From: a virus
Taxonomy: Duplodnaviria > Heunggongvirae > Uroviricota > Caudoviricetes
Direction: 5' to 3' (one strand)
DNA: 64,000 nucleotides
IMG/VR virus record: IMGVR_UViG_3300028805_000065
Span: 74,988-138,987 of that record
Shown here: positions 1 to 11,183 of the stretch, in pieces
How positions within the stretch are numbered: position 1 is the stretch's first letter
How the letters are laid out: each line of letters opens with the position of its first letter
Notes under the pieces: generated by a model
Seen by the model: only the letters and a program-made list of their open reading frames with translations
Databases searched by the model: none
What the model was told of the DNA's origin: nothing
Translations under genes and position numbers: made by a program

Positions 1-446
1 GTATTCATGGTTTCGTTTCAACTTTAACTTTGATGTCAAGTTGAAACTTCCAATCTTTGTTACGCCATTGAGTTTTTTGTCAAACCACTCCGATATATAA
101 TCGTTGCGATTTGCGGTAATGTTTGGGAAAATCTTTGTATCAAGATTCATATGAGAATCATGAGAATATATCGTAATCTCAATCTGTGGTACTATTCGTG
201 TCCACGAGTTTATTGACTTATCAGTATGTACTTGTATTGTTACAAAAGTAATATTTTTTTCTATAACAGATGGGTTTTTACCAAACCTAAAAATGTGTGT
301 ATTAATTAAATCTTCAGAATCCTCAAAAGAGGTAACGTCTGGACTGTCAATTAGTTTAAACATTAATTCATCATTAATGATTTCGCCAATTACTGCATCC
401 TTGACGGCATTGATAAACTTACTACCATTAGCCATCACATCACCCC

Positions 447-1457
447 CTAACCATAGATTCCTTTTATTTCAACAGACTTGGTCGCAACGACCGTGCCATA
501 ATTTATTACTTCGATTTTCAAGAACGAACCTATTGCGTTCTTGTCGTCTACTCTTACCTTTATCTTTTGTCCGTCTACATCTTGAATAACAGGATATTCA
601 CATGTGACTTTCCAAAAATAATCCACATCCCACTCAGGTATGTCAACAGAATATGTTTTTGCTTTTGTAAGCGGAAGAGTGTCTCCACCCTTTATATCTG
701 AGTGTTCGGTGCTTGGATGATATTCCCAATCATCTAAGTTTCTATGTTTACAAACACCTAATTCTCTTTCCTCGTCTGTAAGAGTATAGGTTGTTTCCTT
801 TAGAATCCAGTCAGTTACACCATGTATTTTTCCATCATCATCACGCAGTATATCGAATGTAGAATACACATTTGATGGGTTGTGCGCTTCATATATACGT
901 GGTTGCCCGGAGATAGCATTATCAATAATAAAAAGCATTTCCTTTTTCTTAGTAACTGCAAGAACTTCATCATCTACTGGCATATATACTTTACATTGAT
1001 CAGAACCGAGAATAAAAACCTTATCCTCTTCGACACCCTCGTTATACTTAGATGCACTGGACGCAAAGCACCATCTTTCAATAATGTCTCCATTATCGTT
1101 TTGCCACTTCATAAGCCAATTGCATTCCCACAACTGTCCACGTTTGTATGTCTCATCGTCAGTAGAACATGACTGTACCAACCACATACCACGCCCCCAC
1201 CTTATGTAATCTCCAGCATATATAGGAGTATCAGGTAAAGCCTCAAACTCTTTATAATACTCTTGAGTACCACGATTTATTACTAACCCAATATGACGCT
1301 CATCACCATAAGAGTCTGTAATAACAGCGTTCGGTTTATATGATGGGTTATGAACTATCTTACCAAACATATCATCTTTAATTCTTGCAATGCGTCTGTC
1401 TCTTTCGGTCACTCCCTTAAGTAATACACGAGTCTCATATCTGCTCATATCCATCAC
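447..1457 (-). CDS. hypothetical structural-module protein (336 aa)
   Basis: Long ORF co-directional with and distal to the head gene block; 4-nt overlap with the upstream ORF suggests translational coupling; no diagnostic motif. Confidence 0.5.
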   Translation of the reverse strand: MMDMSRYETRVLLKGVTERDRRIARIKDDMFGKIVHNPSYKPNAVITDSYGDERHIGLVINRGTQEYYKEFEALPDTPIYAGDYIRWGRGMWLVQSCSTDDETYKRGQLWECNWLMKWQNDNGDIIERWCFASSASKYNEGVEEDKVFILGSDQCKVYMPVDDEVLAVTKKKEMLFIIDNAISGQPRIYEAHNPSNVYSTFDILRDDDGKIHGVTDWILKETTYTLTDEERELGVCKHRNLDDWEYHPSTEHSDIKGGDTLPLTKAKTYSVDIPEWDVDYFWKVTCEYPVIQDVDGQKIKVRVDDKNAIGSFLKIEVINYGTVVATKSVEIKGIYG

Positions 1458-1774
1458 CCCCTAAAATATTTGTTGTTAATATCGTTGATGATGTTTGTGC
1501 ATTTGAGAACCTCTGACTTACACACATCATGATCATAATCACAACTAGTAAGAAACTCGATTGTCGCCAATAAAGTAATAAACTTTGGTTCTTCACTTAA
1601 TATACTAAAAAGCCTTGAGTCACCGATTAATTCACGCTGATATGATTTAAGATAGGATGGAAGAGTAGAACTATCTTCTTCATATAAAGGTAAAATCTTA
1701 AATGTCTTTCCTACAAGATATTTAAAATACTGCGATAAATTTTCGTTTGGGATTTCTCCATAAACACTTGTCAT
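1454..1774 (-). CDS. hypothetical protein (106 aa)
   Basis: ORF in the tightly packed late block; ATGA-type overlaps with both neighbours. Confidence 0.45.
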   Translation of the reverse strand: MTSVYGEIPNENLSQYFKYLVGKTFKILPLYEEDSSTLPSYLKSYQRELIGDSRLFSILSEEPKFITLLATIEFLTSCDYDHDVCKSEVLKCTNIINDINNKYFRG

Positions 1775-2286
1775 GTCTTTTTACTGGTACTGAGGTTTGT
1801 AACACTGTTAATTACATAAGTGTATTCATTGCGCAGAGATCTAGCTCTATGCCTCGCCTCATCATACCTTGCCCCAATCTTTTCAACCAAATTCGCCGGG
1901 GATGTTGTATTGAAATCCTTTGTATTCATGTGCAGTCGCAGTAGGTCTGCATTGTTCAAATAGGGTTTCAACCACGCCTCAACCATATACTCAGTAAGCA
2001 TTACTATTACGCTGTCGTCTAAGTCGTCCTCAAATGCCTCTAACTCTTCAATAACCGTTGGCGGATCTTCTCCGTCTTCAACTGGTATCGATTCGTCATA
2101 AACCTCAACAACGGTACGTTTACTTAAATCATAATTAGGTAAAACATACATTGAACATTTTCTAACAGCATATTCTAAGTATGCTCTCTTTGTAGCCTCT
2201 TGGTCATCTTCAGCTAACAACAGCAAATCTGGATCTGTTATTTTATCCAAAAACTCTTCATATATATAAGAGTAAGTTGTTGCCAT
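1771..2286 (-). CDS. hypothetical head-completion/connector-region protein (171 aa, acidic)
   Basis: Sits immediately downstream of the capsid genes in transcription order; acidic; no motif. Confidence 0.4.
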   Translation of the reverse strand: MATTYSYIYEEFLDKITDPDLLLLAEDDQEATKRAYLEYAVRKCSMYVLPNYDLSKRTVVEVYDESIPVEDGEDPPTVIEELEAFEDDLDDSVIVMLTEYMVEAWLKPYLNNADLLRLHMNTKDFNTTSPANLVEKIGARYDEARHRARSLRNEYTYVINSVTNLSTSKKT

Positions 2287-2855
2287 TATTCATCCTCGCC
2301 AATTTCTAGTCCAAGCACTTTAATGATTGCACGTCTCTTTTTAACAGAGTCAATTTCATCGTTCTCAATCTTATCAAGAGCCATAACCGAAACAAGGTCT
2401 TTCATGCCCCTAGACATTTTAGAAACCTTTTCAGTCATTTGCCTTTCAGTTAAATCAAAGAATGATTCAATGTTGTCGGCATCATAAAAGTCGCCATATT
2501 TATCATCAACACGCAGAAACTTATAAATATCATCAGCGGTATATTCTCCGTCGTCCGTGTCTTTAAGAGAAATCCAATTATCATTAAAGAATCTCTTCTG
2601 ATTATTTCTCATCAGTAAAAGTTCTCTAATATCTAAATACTGTAAATCTCCAAAATCAGACCACTCGGCATTCATACCGCCAGCCCTTGTGCTTGTGTAA
2701 ATAAGTCCACCTTTAACATTACAAAGACAAGGCACTTCCACATCGAGCGGTATTCTTGCATCCTTTTTCTTCGCAACCTTAGTCTGCACTTTTTCAACAG
2801 CCTGTTCTTTATTAGTTTCTGTAGCTTTTGATTTTGTATTTTTAGCAGTAGCCAT
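2286..2855 (-). CDS. hypothetical protein (189 aa), lysine-rich N-terminus
   Basis: ORF directly after the putative capsid gene; strong RBS upstream. Confidence 0.45.
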   Translation of the reverse strand: MATAKNTKSKATETNKEQAVEKVQTKVAKKKDARIPLDVEVPCLCNVKGGLIYTSTRAGGMNAEWSDFGDLQYLDIRELLLMRNNQKRFFNDNWISLKDTDDGEYTADDIYKFLRVDDKYGDFYDADNIESFFDLTERQMTEKVSKMSRGMKDLVSVMALDKIENDEIDSVKKRRAIIKVLGLEIGEDE

Positions 2856-2915
2856 TTAATTCTCCTTTATTTCATAAATATGGGACGGCTATTACACCGT
2901 CCCGAAAAACACTAA

Positions 2916-3935
2916 TTAAGAAAGTCTATAAACGCCATTCTTAGAAGCAATAATTGCCTCAATAGCATATCTCTGAGCCATAAGCCATTCCTGAGACAGA
3001 TCAGCATTGTTCAGCGGATTGCCGGGGATAATGAGAGTTGTGCCCTCTTCAACACCTTTCAAGAATTTCTCGTCGCCAGCAATGACATAAAGGTCGTTGG
3101 GAAGCAGGGGGTTATCATTGTCATCAAGAACATTGTTCAGCACATAAATAGGGGTTGTATAGAACTGCCCATAGTAACCCATTGCAAACATCTGCTCTTT
3201 TGCAGTATCAGAGTCAGCGCCTCTAACACCAGTGATCTTACGAACAGCTTGCTTAGAACCAATAATAGAAGCTTTCATGTTTGTCTTAGCCTCAATAAAG
3301 TCGATAAGCTTAACCAGCTTATCCTCATCAAATGTTCCACTCTGGAAGTACTTAGTATCTACAATGTTATCAAAAACAGCCTTTGTAGCCTTGAACGCCT
3401 CAAGAGTTCTAGCCTCTGCAAAAGACTTGATAGCAACATCAATCATGTGACCAAAGTCAGCACGACCACTTGCAATCCTACGAAGTTCCTCATAAATCTT
3501 TACGCCATGCAGAACAGGCTTAATTGTAACCTTTCTCTCGCCAAACAGTCTCTGTCTGCGAAGTCCCTGTGTACCCTCTGCAATACGAGAAATGTAGAAC
3601 TTCTCATTGCCATCACGGATTTCAAACTCTCCAGTATCACCCTCGGCATAATTCTGCCAATCAATATAACCGAGAAGAGGAGAAGCCGCATCGAGTTCTC
3701 TCTTTGTACCCTCTGTAATAATCTGCTCAATCAGAGCATAATCAATCTTACCATCACGGGTTGCCCTATAAATATCGAATTTACCGTTCTCAATATAGTT
3801 CTCATAATCCTTGCCAAATACGGCTTTCTTGAGAATATCATTCATCTCGTCAAGGGAATAATTGCCCTGAGGAGTCTTATTATGAAGATCAACCGCCATT
3901 CTTACGAGATCTTTTCTTTCCATTATTTTCACCAT
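2916..3935 (-). CDS. putative major capsid protein (339 aa)
   Basis: Position after portal/scaffold/decoration-like genes in the canonical terminase-portal-scaffold-capsid order; strong RBS; size typical; no sequence search done. Confidence 0.4.
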   Translation of the reverse strand: MVKIMERKDLVRMAVDLHNKTPQGNYSLDEMNDILKKAVFGKDYENYIENGKFDIYRATRDGKIDYALIEQIITEGTKRELDAASPLLGYIDWQNYAEGDTGEFEIRDGNEKFYISRIAEGTQGLRRQRLFGERKVTIKPVLHGVKIYEELRRIASGRADFGHMIDVAIKSFAEARTLEAFKATKAVFDNIVDTKYFQSGTFDEDKLVKLIDFIEAKTNMKASIIGSKQAVRKITGVRGADSDTAKEQMFAMGYYGQFYTTPIYVLNNVLDDNDNPLLPNDLYVIAGDEKFLKGVEEGTTLIIPGNPLNNADLSQEWLMAQRYAIEAIIASKNGVYRLS

Positions 3936-3957
3936 TCCTTTCTATAGATTTTGCCAA

Positions 3958-4467
3958 TTAGACACGAACCACATAGAAAGTGATTCCATTTACGTCTTCA
4001 ATGTCAACAACTACACCAATCTGAGTAGAACCAGAAGTGGCAGTCTTGACAACTTTCATCTTTGTGCCAGCCTGTGCCTCAACAAGGTCACCAATAGCAG
4101 GAGTTGCATTAAACGCCTCTGCTGTAGCACTAAACACCTGACCGACCATCTTGCTCAGAAGATGCACACGGATAGGAGTACCAGCATCGTTCTCCCAATC
4201 AAAGATAGTCTTTCTCTCGTCATAATCAACTTCAGGAGTTGTAACGATTGCAAGGTTTGTAGAAGAAGCAGTGGGAGTTGTAGCTACCCAAAGTTCCCTA
4301 TCACCGTCAACAAGTTCGTCTTTAAGTTCAACAATATTCGCATTATCAATTGCACCCTCTGTCTTGGTAGAAACAGTATATGTCGTATAATACATAGCAC
4401 TCTTCACCGCAGACATGGCGTTGTTGCCCAGTGCAACATCAACTCTAACAATTGCATGATTAGCCAT
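3958..4467 (-). CDS. hypothetical head protein (169 aa; decoration or minor capsid candidate)
   Basis: Small gene between scaffold-like and capsid-like genes; predicted beta-rich composition. Confidence 0.35.
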   Translation of the reverse strand: MANHAIVRVDVALGNNAMSAVKSAMYYTTYTVSTKTEGAIDNANIVELKDELVDGDRELWVATTPTASSTNLAIVTTPEVDYDERKTIFDWENDAGTPIRVHLLSKMVGQVFSATAEAFNATPAIGDLVEAQAGTKMKVVKTATSGSTQIGVVVDIEDVNGITFYVVRV

Positions 4468-4481
4468 TTTTCATTCCTCCA

Positions 4482-5930
4482 TTACATGTAATATTCCCTA
4501 GCATTTCCATAGGGATCTTTTTCCTTTTCAACTTCATCAAAACCGCCAAGTCCAAACTTAATAGTATTGTTCTTATTTTCATCCTTTACAAAATTAGAAT
4601 GCATACCAACAATCGCATAAAGCCTAATCTTTAAATCTTCAATACTATACTTGGACGCATCGGTCTTGAGAGCCTCAAATTCCTCAGTCTCGCCAATCCT
4701 GTCAGCAAAAGATTCGAACAGTTCGTTCTCAGCAGATTCCCTGTCGGCATTTTCTCTGCTCTGCTTATACTCAACAAGGATCTGATATTCCTCATTAGAG
4801 TAAGTATGTGCAGATTTATATGCCTCAAACTCCGCAACAACACCCTCATATGCATTCTTCATATCATTATACATAGCTTCATAATCAGGTAATTCTTCTT
4901 CTACTGGCTCGGTAGGCTCTTCATTGTTTTCCTCTTCCGCACCGTCTTCGGTAGGCTCTTCTCCAACTTCAGCTGTAGCCTCTTCATTAGAGCCGTCTTC
5001 AAAATTCTCTTCGTTATTTACAGGCTCAACATTCTCAGGCTCAACATTCTCGTTTTCAGCAGAGTTCTCCTCAAAATCGGTAACGGCAGTGTCAACATTT
5101 TTGGTTTCGTCTGCCATAAATTCGCCCCCCTCAGTTTCGTTTACAGTTGCATTATCAGAGAAATTATCAACCTTATCGTAATTAATCTCAAAGTTGTTGA
5201 TAAAATCATTGATTCTATCTTTAAGAAGAGAAAACTCTTTCTTAAATTCATCTAACCCAAACGCATATGGCTCAACCCTTGAACTAATAAATGCTGGTTC
5301 TGAATGCTCAACATTCTTATCTGTATGTCCATTTGTTGAATCTTTATCTGCTTTCCCAAGTAAACAAAAAGCACTGAATGTATAACCCAGTACTTCCCAA
5401 TAATTACTATCTTCCTCAAGTGGACGATAATTCTCAATATTAATTTCCATAGAGTGATTAAATAAGGTTTCGTCACTATAGAAAGCCTGTTCAAGTTCTG
5501 GGTATCTGCCAATCCAAAGAATTGCATCAAATGTCAAATACTCAACTTCCTTGCCGTGTTCCTCAATAGTTTCCCAACCCTCAGAACCCTCTACGATTAC
5601 ACCATATGGTCTAGTTACATCTTTAATCTCCCAATCGTCAGTAATTTCAAAATCATGGCTTCCCATGTAAGAATGTTCAACGCCGTCAGCGTCAACATAT
5701 ACCCTAATATGCCCAACGACAGGACAGTAGTATGCGCTTGGTATAGCTTTTAATGTATCCTCTTTTGAAAGATATGTCATATTTCTGTTTTTGCCCGGAG
5801 ACATTGCATATATTTTCACAAGCATAAACTCATCATTAAGCTTCTTAAGCGCTTCAATTCTTTGTGTATCAAAAGACACACGCATTCGTTTTTCACTCAA
5901 CTTATTTATTCCCCCTTTCCTTAAAAACAC
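4482..5930 (-). CDS. putative scaffolding protein (482 aa) with extremely acidic E/N/D-rich central segment
   Basis: Low-complexity acidic region (EENNEEPTEPVEEE...) and coiled-coil-like C-terminus; located between portal and capsid candidates. Confidence 0.4.
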   Translation of the reverse strand: MFLRKGGINKLSEKRMRVSFDTQRIEALKKLNDEFMLVKIYAMSPGKNRNMTYLSKEDTLKAIPSAYYCPVVGHIRVYVDADGVEHSYMGSHDFEITDDWEIKDVTRPYGVIVEGSEGWETIEEHGKEVEYLTFDAILWIGRYPELEQAFYSDETLFNHSMEINIENYRPLEEDSNYWEVLGYTFSAFCLLGKADKDSTNGHTDKNVEHSEPAFISSRVEPYAFGLDEFKKEFSLLKDRINDFINNFEINYDKVDNFSDNATVNETEGGEFMADETKNVDTAVTDFEENSAENENVEPENVEPVNNEENFEDGSNEEATAEVGEEPTEDGAEEENNEEPTEPVEEELPDYEAMYNDMKNAYEGVVAEFEAYKSAHTYSNEEYQILVEYKQSRENADRESAENELFESFADRIGETEEFEALKTDASKYSIEDLKIRLYAIVGMHSNFVKDENKNNTIKFGLGGFDEVEKEKDPYGNAREYYM

Positions 5931-6112
5931 ATTCTAAGCGTATTGGAGAAATAAACCTTTTGAGAATCTTCTTTAGAAAATTTAAGATAACCAGTATTCT
6001 CAAAAACCCATATAGTAGCCGTTCCGCTATTCATGGTAGTAATAGGCTTCATGCCGTCGTCTTCCAACATAAGGGCAATTTCTTTATCTAAAACATAAAT
6101 ATATTTTTTCAT
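5921..6112 (-). CDS. small hypothetical protein (63 aa)
   Basis: Short ORF bridging portal and scaffold genes; overlaps the scaffold start by 10 nt. Confidence 0.3.
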   Translation of the reverse strand: MKKYIYVLDKEIALMLEDDGMKPITTMNSGTATIWVFENTGYLKFSKEDSQKVYFSNTLRMCF

Positions 6113-6123
6113 GTCTATCCCCC

Positions 6124-7485
6124 TTATCTATTTTGATTACTATCATTATCACGGGTCTTCTCTCCAGCTTCGCCAACAGTGTCACCAGTCTCTTCGGCAG
6201 TAGGTCTGCCACCATCGTCGCCTGTAAAAGCTGATTGTGTATTACTTGATACAAGTGGCGTAGTCCAAACATTACTCGACAATCCGAGCAACTCATCCTC
6301 AAGATAAGATGCACCAATAGTTTCGCATGGTGTCAGCCCAAGAGAAGCGGCATAATCCATCTTGACAGGCAAACCATATTGTGCGCCTTTGGATAAATTA
6401 TTTTGCACCTCTGTGCTATTAAATATTGATTGATATAGAAACGACACTTTAAATAAGTAGTCGTGATTCATAAGTTTAATTTCACGATTTATTATCTTCT
6501 CAAATTGTCCAAGCAACGAAAACGACAACGCCTCATCTGGCTTAACGGCAAGAAGCATTGCGCTTGCTGTTGTAAGAGTGCCACCACCCATAAGCGTGTT
6601 TGGCATTCCAGCTGAACGCCAAAAGTTATTAACGGCAGATAAAGCCGCATCCCTGTCAGCCGTTGCGCTTTCTTGAAATGAGTGATCAGATATAGTCCAA
6701 GGCGATACAAGTAAACCAATACCATTTGGTAATTCACCAGCCATCTGATCATAATATTGTTTTACGTCTTGATACGGCATTTTTGGTATTCCGTCATCAT
6801 CAGTGTCAACTTTTGCAGACAAGGCTTTGTAATTAGAATTCTCGTCGTGTTGCGCCTGTATGTCTTGCGCATCTTTTAATCTAAGCACATCAATAATGAG
6901 ATTGCCAAAATATGGTAAAAAGTGGTAAGGGTCTGTATCATCAGCCACTAAAGCAAAACCATTTTTAAACTCATACCACATATCACTATCTGTAATTATC
7001 TTGCCATTCTTTAGTTTTTCTTTATATTTCTTATATGCTTTAGCTATATCAGAGCCATATCCATTAAGCAAACTTTCATCGCCAACAAACATTGGCAAAT
7101 AAATAGACGGTATATATATACCGTCTTCAACAGATCGTATTCTAATTCCTTTTGGTTCAAATGGCACAAAATATCCGCTTTGTGATTTACTGGCATACAC
7201 CATCACACCAACAGCAATACCATCCCTAAGAGCAATACGAATCATCTTTTCAGCTTCTCTTTTGATTCCCATTTTCTCGGCAAAGTTAACAACATCGTAA
7301 AAATTATTTTTATACTTGTTCTTTGCAATCTTTTTGGTATAAACCTTACCAGCCTTGACCGTATAATTATAAGTCAATATTTGAGAAAAATAATTAATCA
7401 ACCTCTTATAGTGAGGAGATATAATATATAGGTATCTACTCAATGCTCTAAGGCTATACTCATAAGAGTACGGGTGTAAAAACAT
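6124..7485 (-). CDS. putative portal protein (453 aa)
   Basis: Gene immediately downstream of the terminase large subunit; size and position typical of portal; acidic C-terminal tail. Confidence 0.45.
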   Translation of the reverse strand: MFLHPYSYEYSLRALSRYLYIISPHYKRLINYFSQILTYNYTVKAGKVYTKKIAKNKYKNNFYDVVNFAEKMGIKREAEKMIRIALRDGIAVGVMVYASKSQSGYFVPFEPKGIRIRSVEDGIYIPSIYLPMFVGDESLLNGYGSDIAKAYKKYKEKLKNGKIITDSDMWYEFKNGFALVADDTDPYHFLPYFGNLIIDVLRLKDAQDIQAQHDENSNYKALSAKVDTDDDGIPKMPYQDVKQYYDQMAGELPNGIGLLVSPWTISDHSFQESATADRDAALSAVNNFWRSAGMPNTLMGGGTLTTASAMLLAVKPDEALSFSLLGQFEKIINREIKLMNHDYLFKVSFLYQSIFNSTEVQNNLSKGAQYGLPVKMDYAASLGLTPCETIGASYLEDELLGLSSNVWTTPLVSSNTQSAFTGDDGGRPTAEETGDTVGEAGEKTRDNDSNQNR

Positions 7486-7658
7486 CTTCTCGATGTCTTC
7501 TTTTTTAAATTTTTTATAGAAAAACCCTCTAAAAGAAATATGTTTATGAGCATCTTCAAGAATATTTTTTCTTAATTTCTCATATTGAAATCTCCAATAA
7601 TCAGGATTAATCTTTTCATCAAAAACAATATTTTCAGAGATACCAACGCACCCCCTCT

Positions 7659-9515
7659 CTACTTTAATTTTGGACGTTTACTAAATAAGAAACTCTTATG
7701 CGATTCGTCCTCTCGCTTTTTATTAACTATCTGACTTCGCCTCATCGTAGATAAAGAATATCCAAGCATACATAATGTATACGAAGCGTCATCATGCATT
7801 TTATTTTGCTTTTCTTTTGCTAATTCATAAGTAACACCGCCATTGGCAGAATCATATCTTACAATATATGACAACTGCGTTTTGCCCAATTCAATTGTCT
7901 GGAGCGCAACTTTTTCTTCATTCGTAAGAAACACCTGTTTAAACTCGCCGTTCTTATCATTTTCATCACCAACAAGTAAATAGTCCTTACCATCATAAGA
8001 TGTAAACTTGAAAACGTTTTGCTTTATCATTTTTGCTAATGCGTCATACATTATGGTTTTCATCTTCTTCGGTTCACGCAATCTTACAATTGGTTTATTG
8101 TTTGGATATCTTTTTCTAGCGCTTTCATAGGCGCTATGTTCTGGATCTATAATGCCAATGTGTTCAACGCCTTTTTTATCTTTAAAGGGAAGTAGTAATT
8201 GGTCTGCTATAGCAGAAACACCACCACCACCACTACCAGCATCGATATTAAACTCAATAATATTCTCCCAGTCTTCGGCTTCACCATTAAAATCAATCAT
8301 CAGTTGTCTGATTATTTTTAACTGCTCAACCATATCAAGTGGTGCTTTTCTAGTAGAAGTTTTATCAACCATCTCTTTTGAATAAACAATCTTAAATATA
8401 ATATTCTTGTGAGACTTTCTATCCTTATTTGGCTCTTCAATTCTCTCGGCAATAGTAAGAACAGAACCGTCAAAATTACGAGCTGGGTCATATGAAAATA
8501 CAAACTTTCTTTTGCCAGTATCATTAAACAATACTGGTTTTCTGTATTCACTATTCCTCATAATCTCGCCCATCTCAACAAGCGCATCCTTGCCACCGCC
8601 TTGCCTAAACTTATTAAACAACTCTCTATCTGCGGCATCTGGATTGTCTTCAATATCCTTTTGAATTCGTGCCTCTGATAAATGAGATTTAATCTTGTTA
8701 CCATTAATGGTAGAATGATTTAGTACATCATATGCATCAATGTCACAAACAAAATATCTGTCATCACCTATAAGCATTTTTTCAAAAAACAATTTATATT
8801 TTTCAAAATATGGAGTATCCACTGAAGAAGCAGAAGATGTGTATAAAAGTTGAATAGGCACTTGTGGCGGTTTAGTATAGACAACACTTTGGGTTGATGT
8901 CGAGAAACTTGAATCAACGTTTGCGAAGTTTTCAATAACCGATAACGATTCCGCATCTTTCCATCCAGTTTCGTTAAACCAAACGCCACCTCTTTTACCT
9001 CTGATTGTTTCAAGGTTAGAAGAGAGGGCTTGGCACTCTGAGTTATTAAAAAGTCTAAAGTGCGCTGGTGGTGATTGAATAAAACCAGTCTCAGAGTTCG
9101 ACCCAGTTTTATCTACCTCTCTAGCAAATAAATCAGTAAGAGAAGCAAATGTGGGTATCCGCTTATAAGCAATATCACGCATTTTGTTCATTGTATCAAC
9201 AGACTGCGCATATGCATTACAAGAAATGTGTAGATGATAATCGGGTATTAGTAGCAACTTTGTCATATACATAACAGATCCTGTTGTATCTTTACCCGTA
9301 CCTCGACAGCAAAGCCACAGGCAGAAAGGTCGCCACCAACTTTCTTGGAAGATATATCTTTGAAAATCAATCATTTGAGTTCCAAAGATTTCTTCCGCAA
9401 ACCGCACAGGGTTCATGCGCCCCCAATTTGTAATATCAGCCCACTTCTGATATTCCTCAATTTTTTTCTGAGATAATTCTATCTCAGTAGGCGGTACAAA
9501 AATTTCTACACTCAA
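7659..9515 (-). CDS. terL: terminase large subunit (618 aa)
   Basis: N-terminal P-loop-like 'CCRGTGKDTTGS' ATPase motif; size; lies upstream of portal in the head module. Confidence 0.55.
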   Translation of the reverse strand: MSVEIFVPPTEIELSQKKIEEYQKWADITNWGRMNPVRFAEEIFGTQMIDFQRYIFQESWWRPFCLWLCCRGTGKDTTGSVMYMTKLLLIPDYHLHISCNAYAQSVDTMNKMRDIAYKRIPTFASLTDLFAREVDKTGSNSETGFIQSPPAHFRLFNNSECQALSSNLETIRGKRGGVWFNETGWKDAESLSVIENFANVDSSFSTSTQSVVYTKPPQVPIQLLYTSSASSVDTPYFEKYKLFFEKMLIGDDRYFVCDIDAYDVLNHSTINGNKIKSHLSEARIQKDIEDNPDAADRELFNKFRQGGGKDALVEMGEIMRNSEYRKPVLFNDTGKRKFVFSYDPARNFDGSVLTIAERIEEPNKDRKSHKNIIFKIVYSKEMVDKTSTRKAPLDMVEQLKIIRQLMIDFNGEAEDWENIIEFNIDAGSGGGGVSAIADQLLLPFKDKKGVEHIGIIDPEHSAYESARKRYPNNKPIVRLREPKKMKTIMYDALAKMIKQNVFKFTSYDGKDYLLVGDENDKNGEFKQVFLTNEEKVALQTIELGKTQLSYIVRYDSANGGVTYELAKEKQNKMHDDASYTLCMLGYSLSTMRRSQIVNKKREDESHKSFLFSKRPKLK

Positions 9516-10639
9516 TCTTTTTCACCGCCATGTTCAAGAAAGAGAACTTCATTACTAAGCTGTCTGTTCTCTTCCCGTAATCTATCTAGTTCATTCGTCA
9601 TATCTTGAATCATTTCTCGCTGATTCTTTATGACCCTAGTATAGTCGTTCTCATCAAGCTGAAGTTGTTCCATAATGCTTTGGAAACTAAGGTCAGCCGT
9701 TTGCTTAATTGATTCACAAGTCTTAATGTCGAAAAGATTTACACGAGATGGGTCAAACCCATTCTCGTACATCTCTCTAATTTTATCAGACATTGTCCCT
9801 TGCCCGGCACGTATATTTCTATTCCACTGACTTGAAATATTATTATCTTTAGCTAGATTAGTGATTGTGTCTAACGCCTGTTTTTTAGAAGCCATTAAAT
9901 TTTTTAGTCTAGCATCATCAATCTCATAATCGTTTGATATTTTATTTATTTCCTCATCAAGCTTCTTTATCTGTAAGAATGTTTTTACCATGCTTACACA
10001 ACACATCATCTTATGACCATCCTCAGAAATTCCCTCTGTATCGCAATAACCGCTTAAAGCATTATAGCAATACTTCCTATCCATAACGGTTGCCTCTATC
10101 ATATCCTCAAGAGGGTCATATCCATATGTTTCTATTACATAACGCCTGTTCTTTTCATCTTTGTCATCCCATGTGACCTCTAAAGGTTTCACAACTGGCG
10201 GAGACATTTCACCGGGTAATGTGCCATGTTTCTCAGCAATGATATTGGTTCTAGATAACTCGCCGTCAAATATGCTATCAATAAAAGTTTTATTTTTCCA
10301 TTGAGTAGTATTGTTCACAATTCTTGAATACATACCCGGAGTATATTGCTGTGCGTTTTTTGCAAGTGAAGCAAATGCGTCACTACTAAAATACCAGTCC
10401 ATATAATGACATATGACTTTCATAGCATATTCTTCCGACTTATATCTATCAGCTATAACAGACTTAAACTTATCAATACACGTTTTACAAATAGGGGCGT
10501 AACCACTATTAGCCAGCCAAAGAGGAGACTTACTTGACGACTTATAAAAATTGCCAGTCAATGCAGTATATTCCATACCACATGACACGCACTTATATAT
10601 ATTTTTGTTACTCTTCCGTGAATTCATCTTTACTGGCAT
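9512..10639 (-). CDS. hypothetical protein with N-terminal CxxC zinc finger and C-terminal coiled coil (375 aa); small terminase candidate
   Basis: Immediately upstream of terL with 4-nt overlap; 'CVSCG...C..C' motif; heptad-like C-terminus. Confidence 0.35.
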   Translation of the reverse strand: MPVKMNSRKSNKNIYKCVSCGMEYTALTGNFYKSSSKSPLWLANSGYAPICKTCIDKFKSVIADRYKSEEYAMKVICHYMDWYFSSDAFASLAKNAQQYTPGMYSRIVNNTTQWKNKTFIDSIFDGELSRTNIIAEKHGTLPGEMSPPVVKPLEVTWDDKDEKNRRYVIETYGYDPLEDMIEATVMDRKYCYNALSGYCDTEGISEDGHKMMCCVSMVKTFLQIKKLDEEINKISNDYEIDDARLKNLMASKKQALDTITNLAKDNNISSQWNRNIRAGQGTMSDKIREMYENGFDPSRVNLFDIKTCESIKQTADLSFQSIMEQLQLDENDYTRVIKNQREMIQDMTNELDRLREENRQLSNEVLFLEHGGEKD

Positions 10640-10658
10640 TGGTTCACATCCTTGTTAT

Positions 10659-11183
10659 TCAATTATTAAATACGCATGTAATACTACAGCCTAAATCATC
10701 AAATGAAATAAATTTGCTATAACCAATAGCCTTTCCGCTTTCATCACGTATAATAATATCTTTACAGTCTTCAGACTTCATGTAGTGATTAATGGAGCAA
10801 TCGATGTCATCACTAATACCAACATCTATAAAAAAGGAATCCCTATATTTATAAATATGAGAAATGCATTCATCACTACAGTCTGGTAATACAAAAACAA
10901 CCCCATCATCTGGTGAAAGATATTTACCATTACGATAAAATTTTTCGCAAAACACCTTATCATCATTACTTACAGAAATAATAAACTCTTTATCATATCC
11001 GTCAAACGATGGGTCTGATATCTTAATTAAAAAAGGTGTGAGTTCAGTATACCCAAGCAGTTCCTTTAAAATAATAGTAGCATTGTCGTATTTGGTTATA
11101 AAAGACACACCAAATTCACAATCAATGTCAGTAGCTTCACTAACCAAACTTTCTAAATCATCATACTCTTTTTTTACTACCAT
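10659..11183 (-). CDS. hypothetical protein (174 aa), Cys-containing
   Basis: ORF with RBS; no motif. Confidence 0.4.
   Translation of the reverse strand: MVVKKEYDDLESLVSEATDIDCEFGVSFITKYDNATIILKELLGYTELTPFLIKISDPSFDGYDKEFIISVSNDDKVFCEKFYRNGKYLSPDDGVVFVLPDCSDECISHIYKYRDSFFIDVGISDDIDCSINHYMKSEDCKDIIIRDESGKAIGYSKFISFDDLGCSITCVFNN

Noticed and set aside
3249-3947. Long antisense ORFs opposite coding genes (for example 3249-3947 +, 14044-14502 -, 33147-33797 -, 46246-46989 -, 51294-51971 -)
   Set aside because: Each lies entirely within and antisense to a better-supported gene, has no RBS, and has low-complexity composition typical of the complementary strand of real genes.
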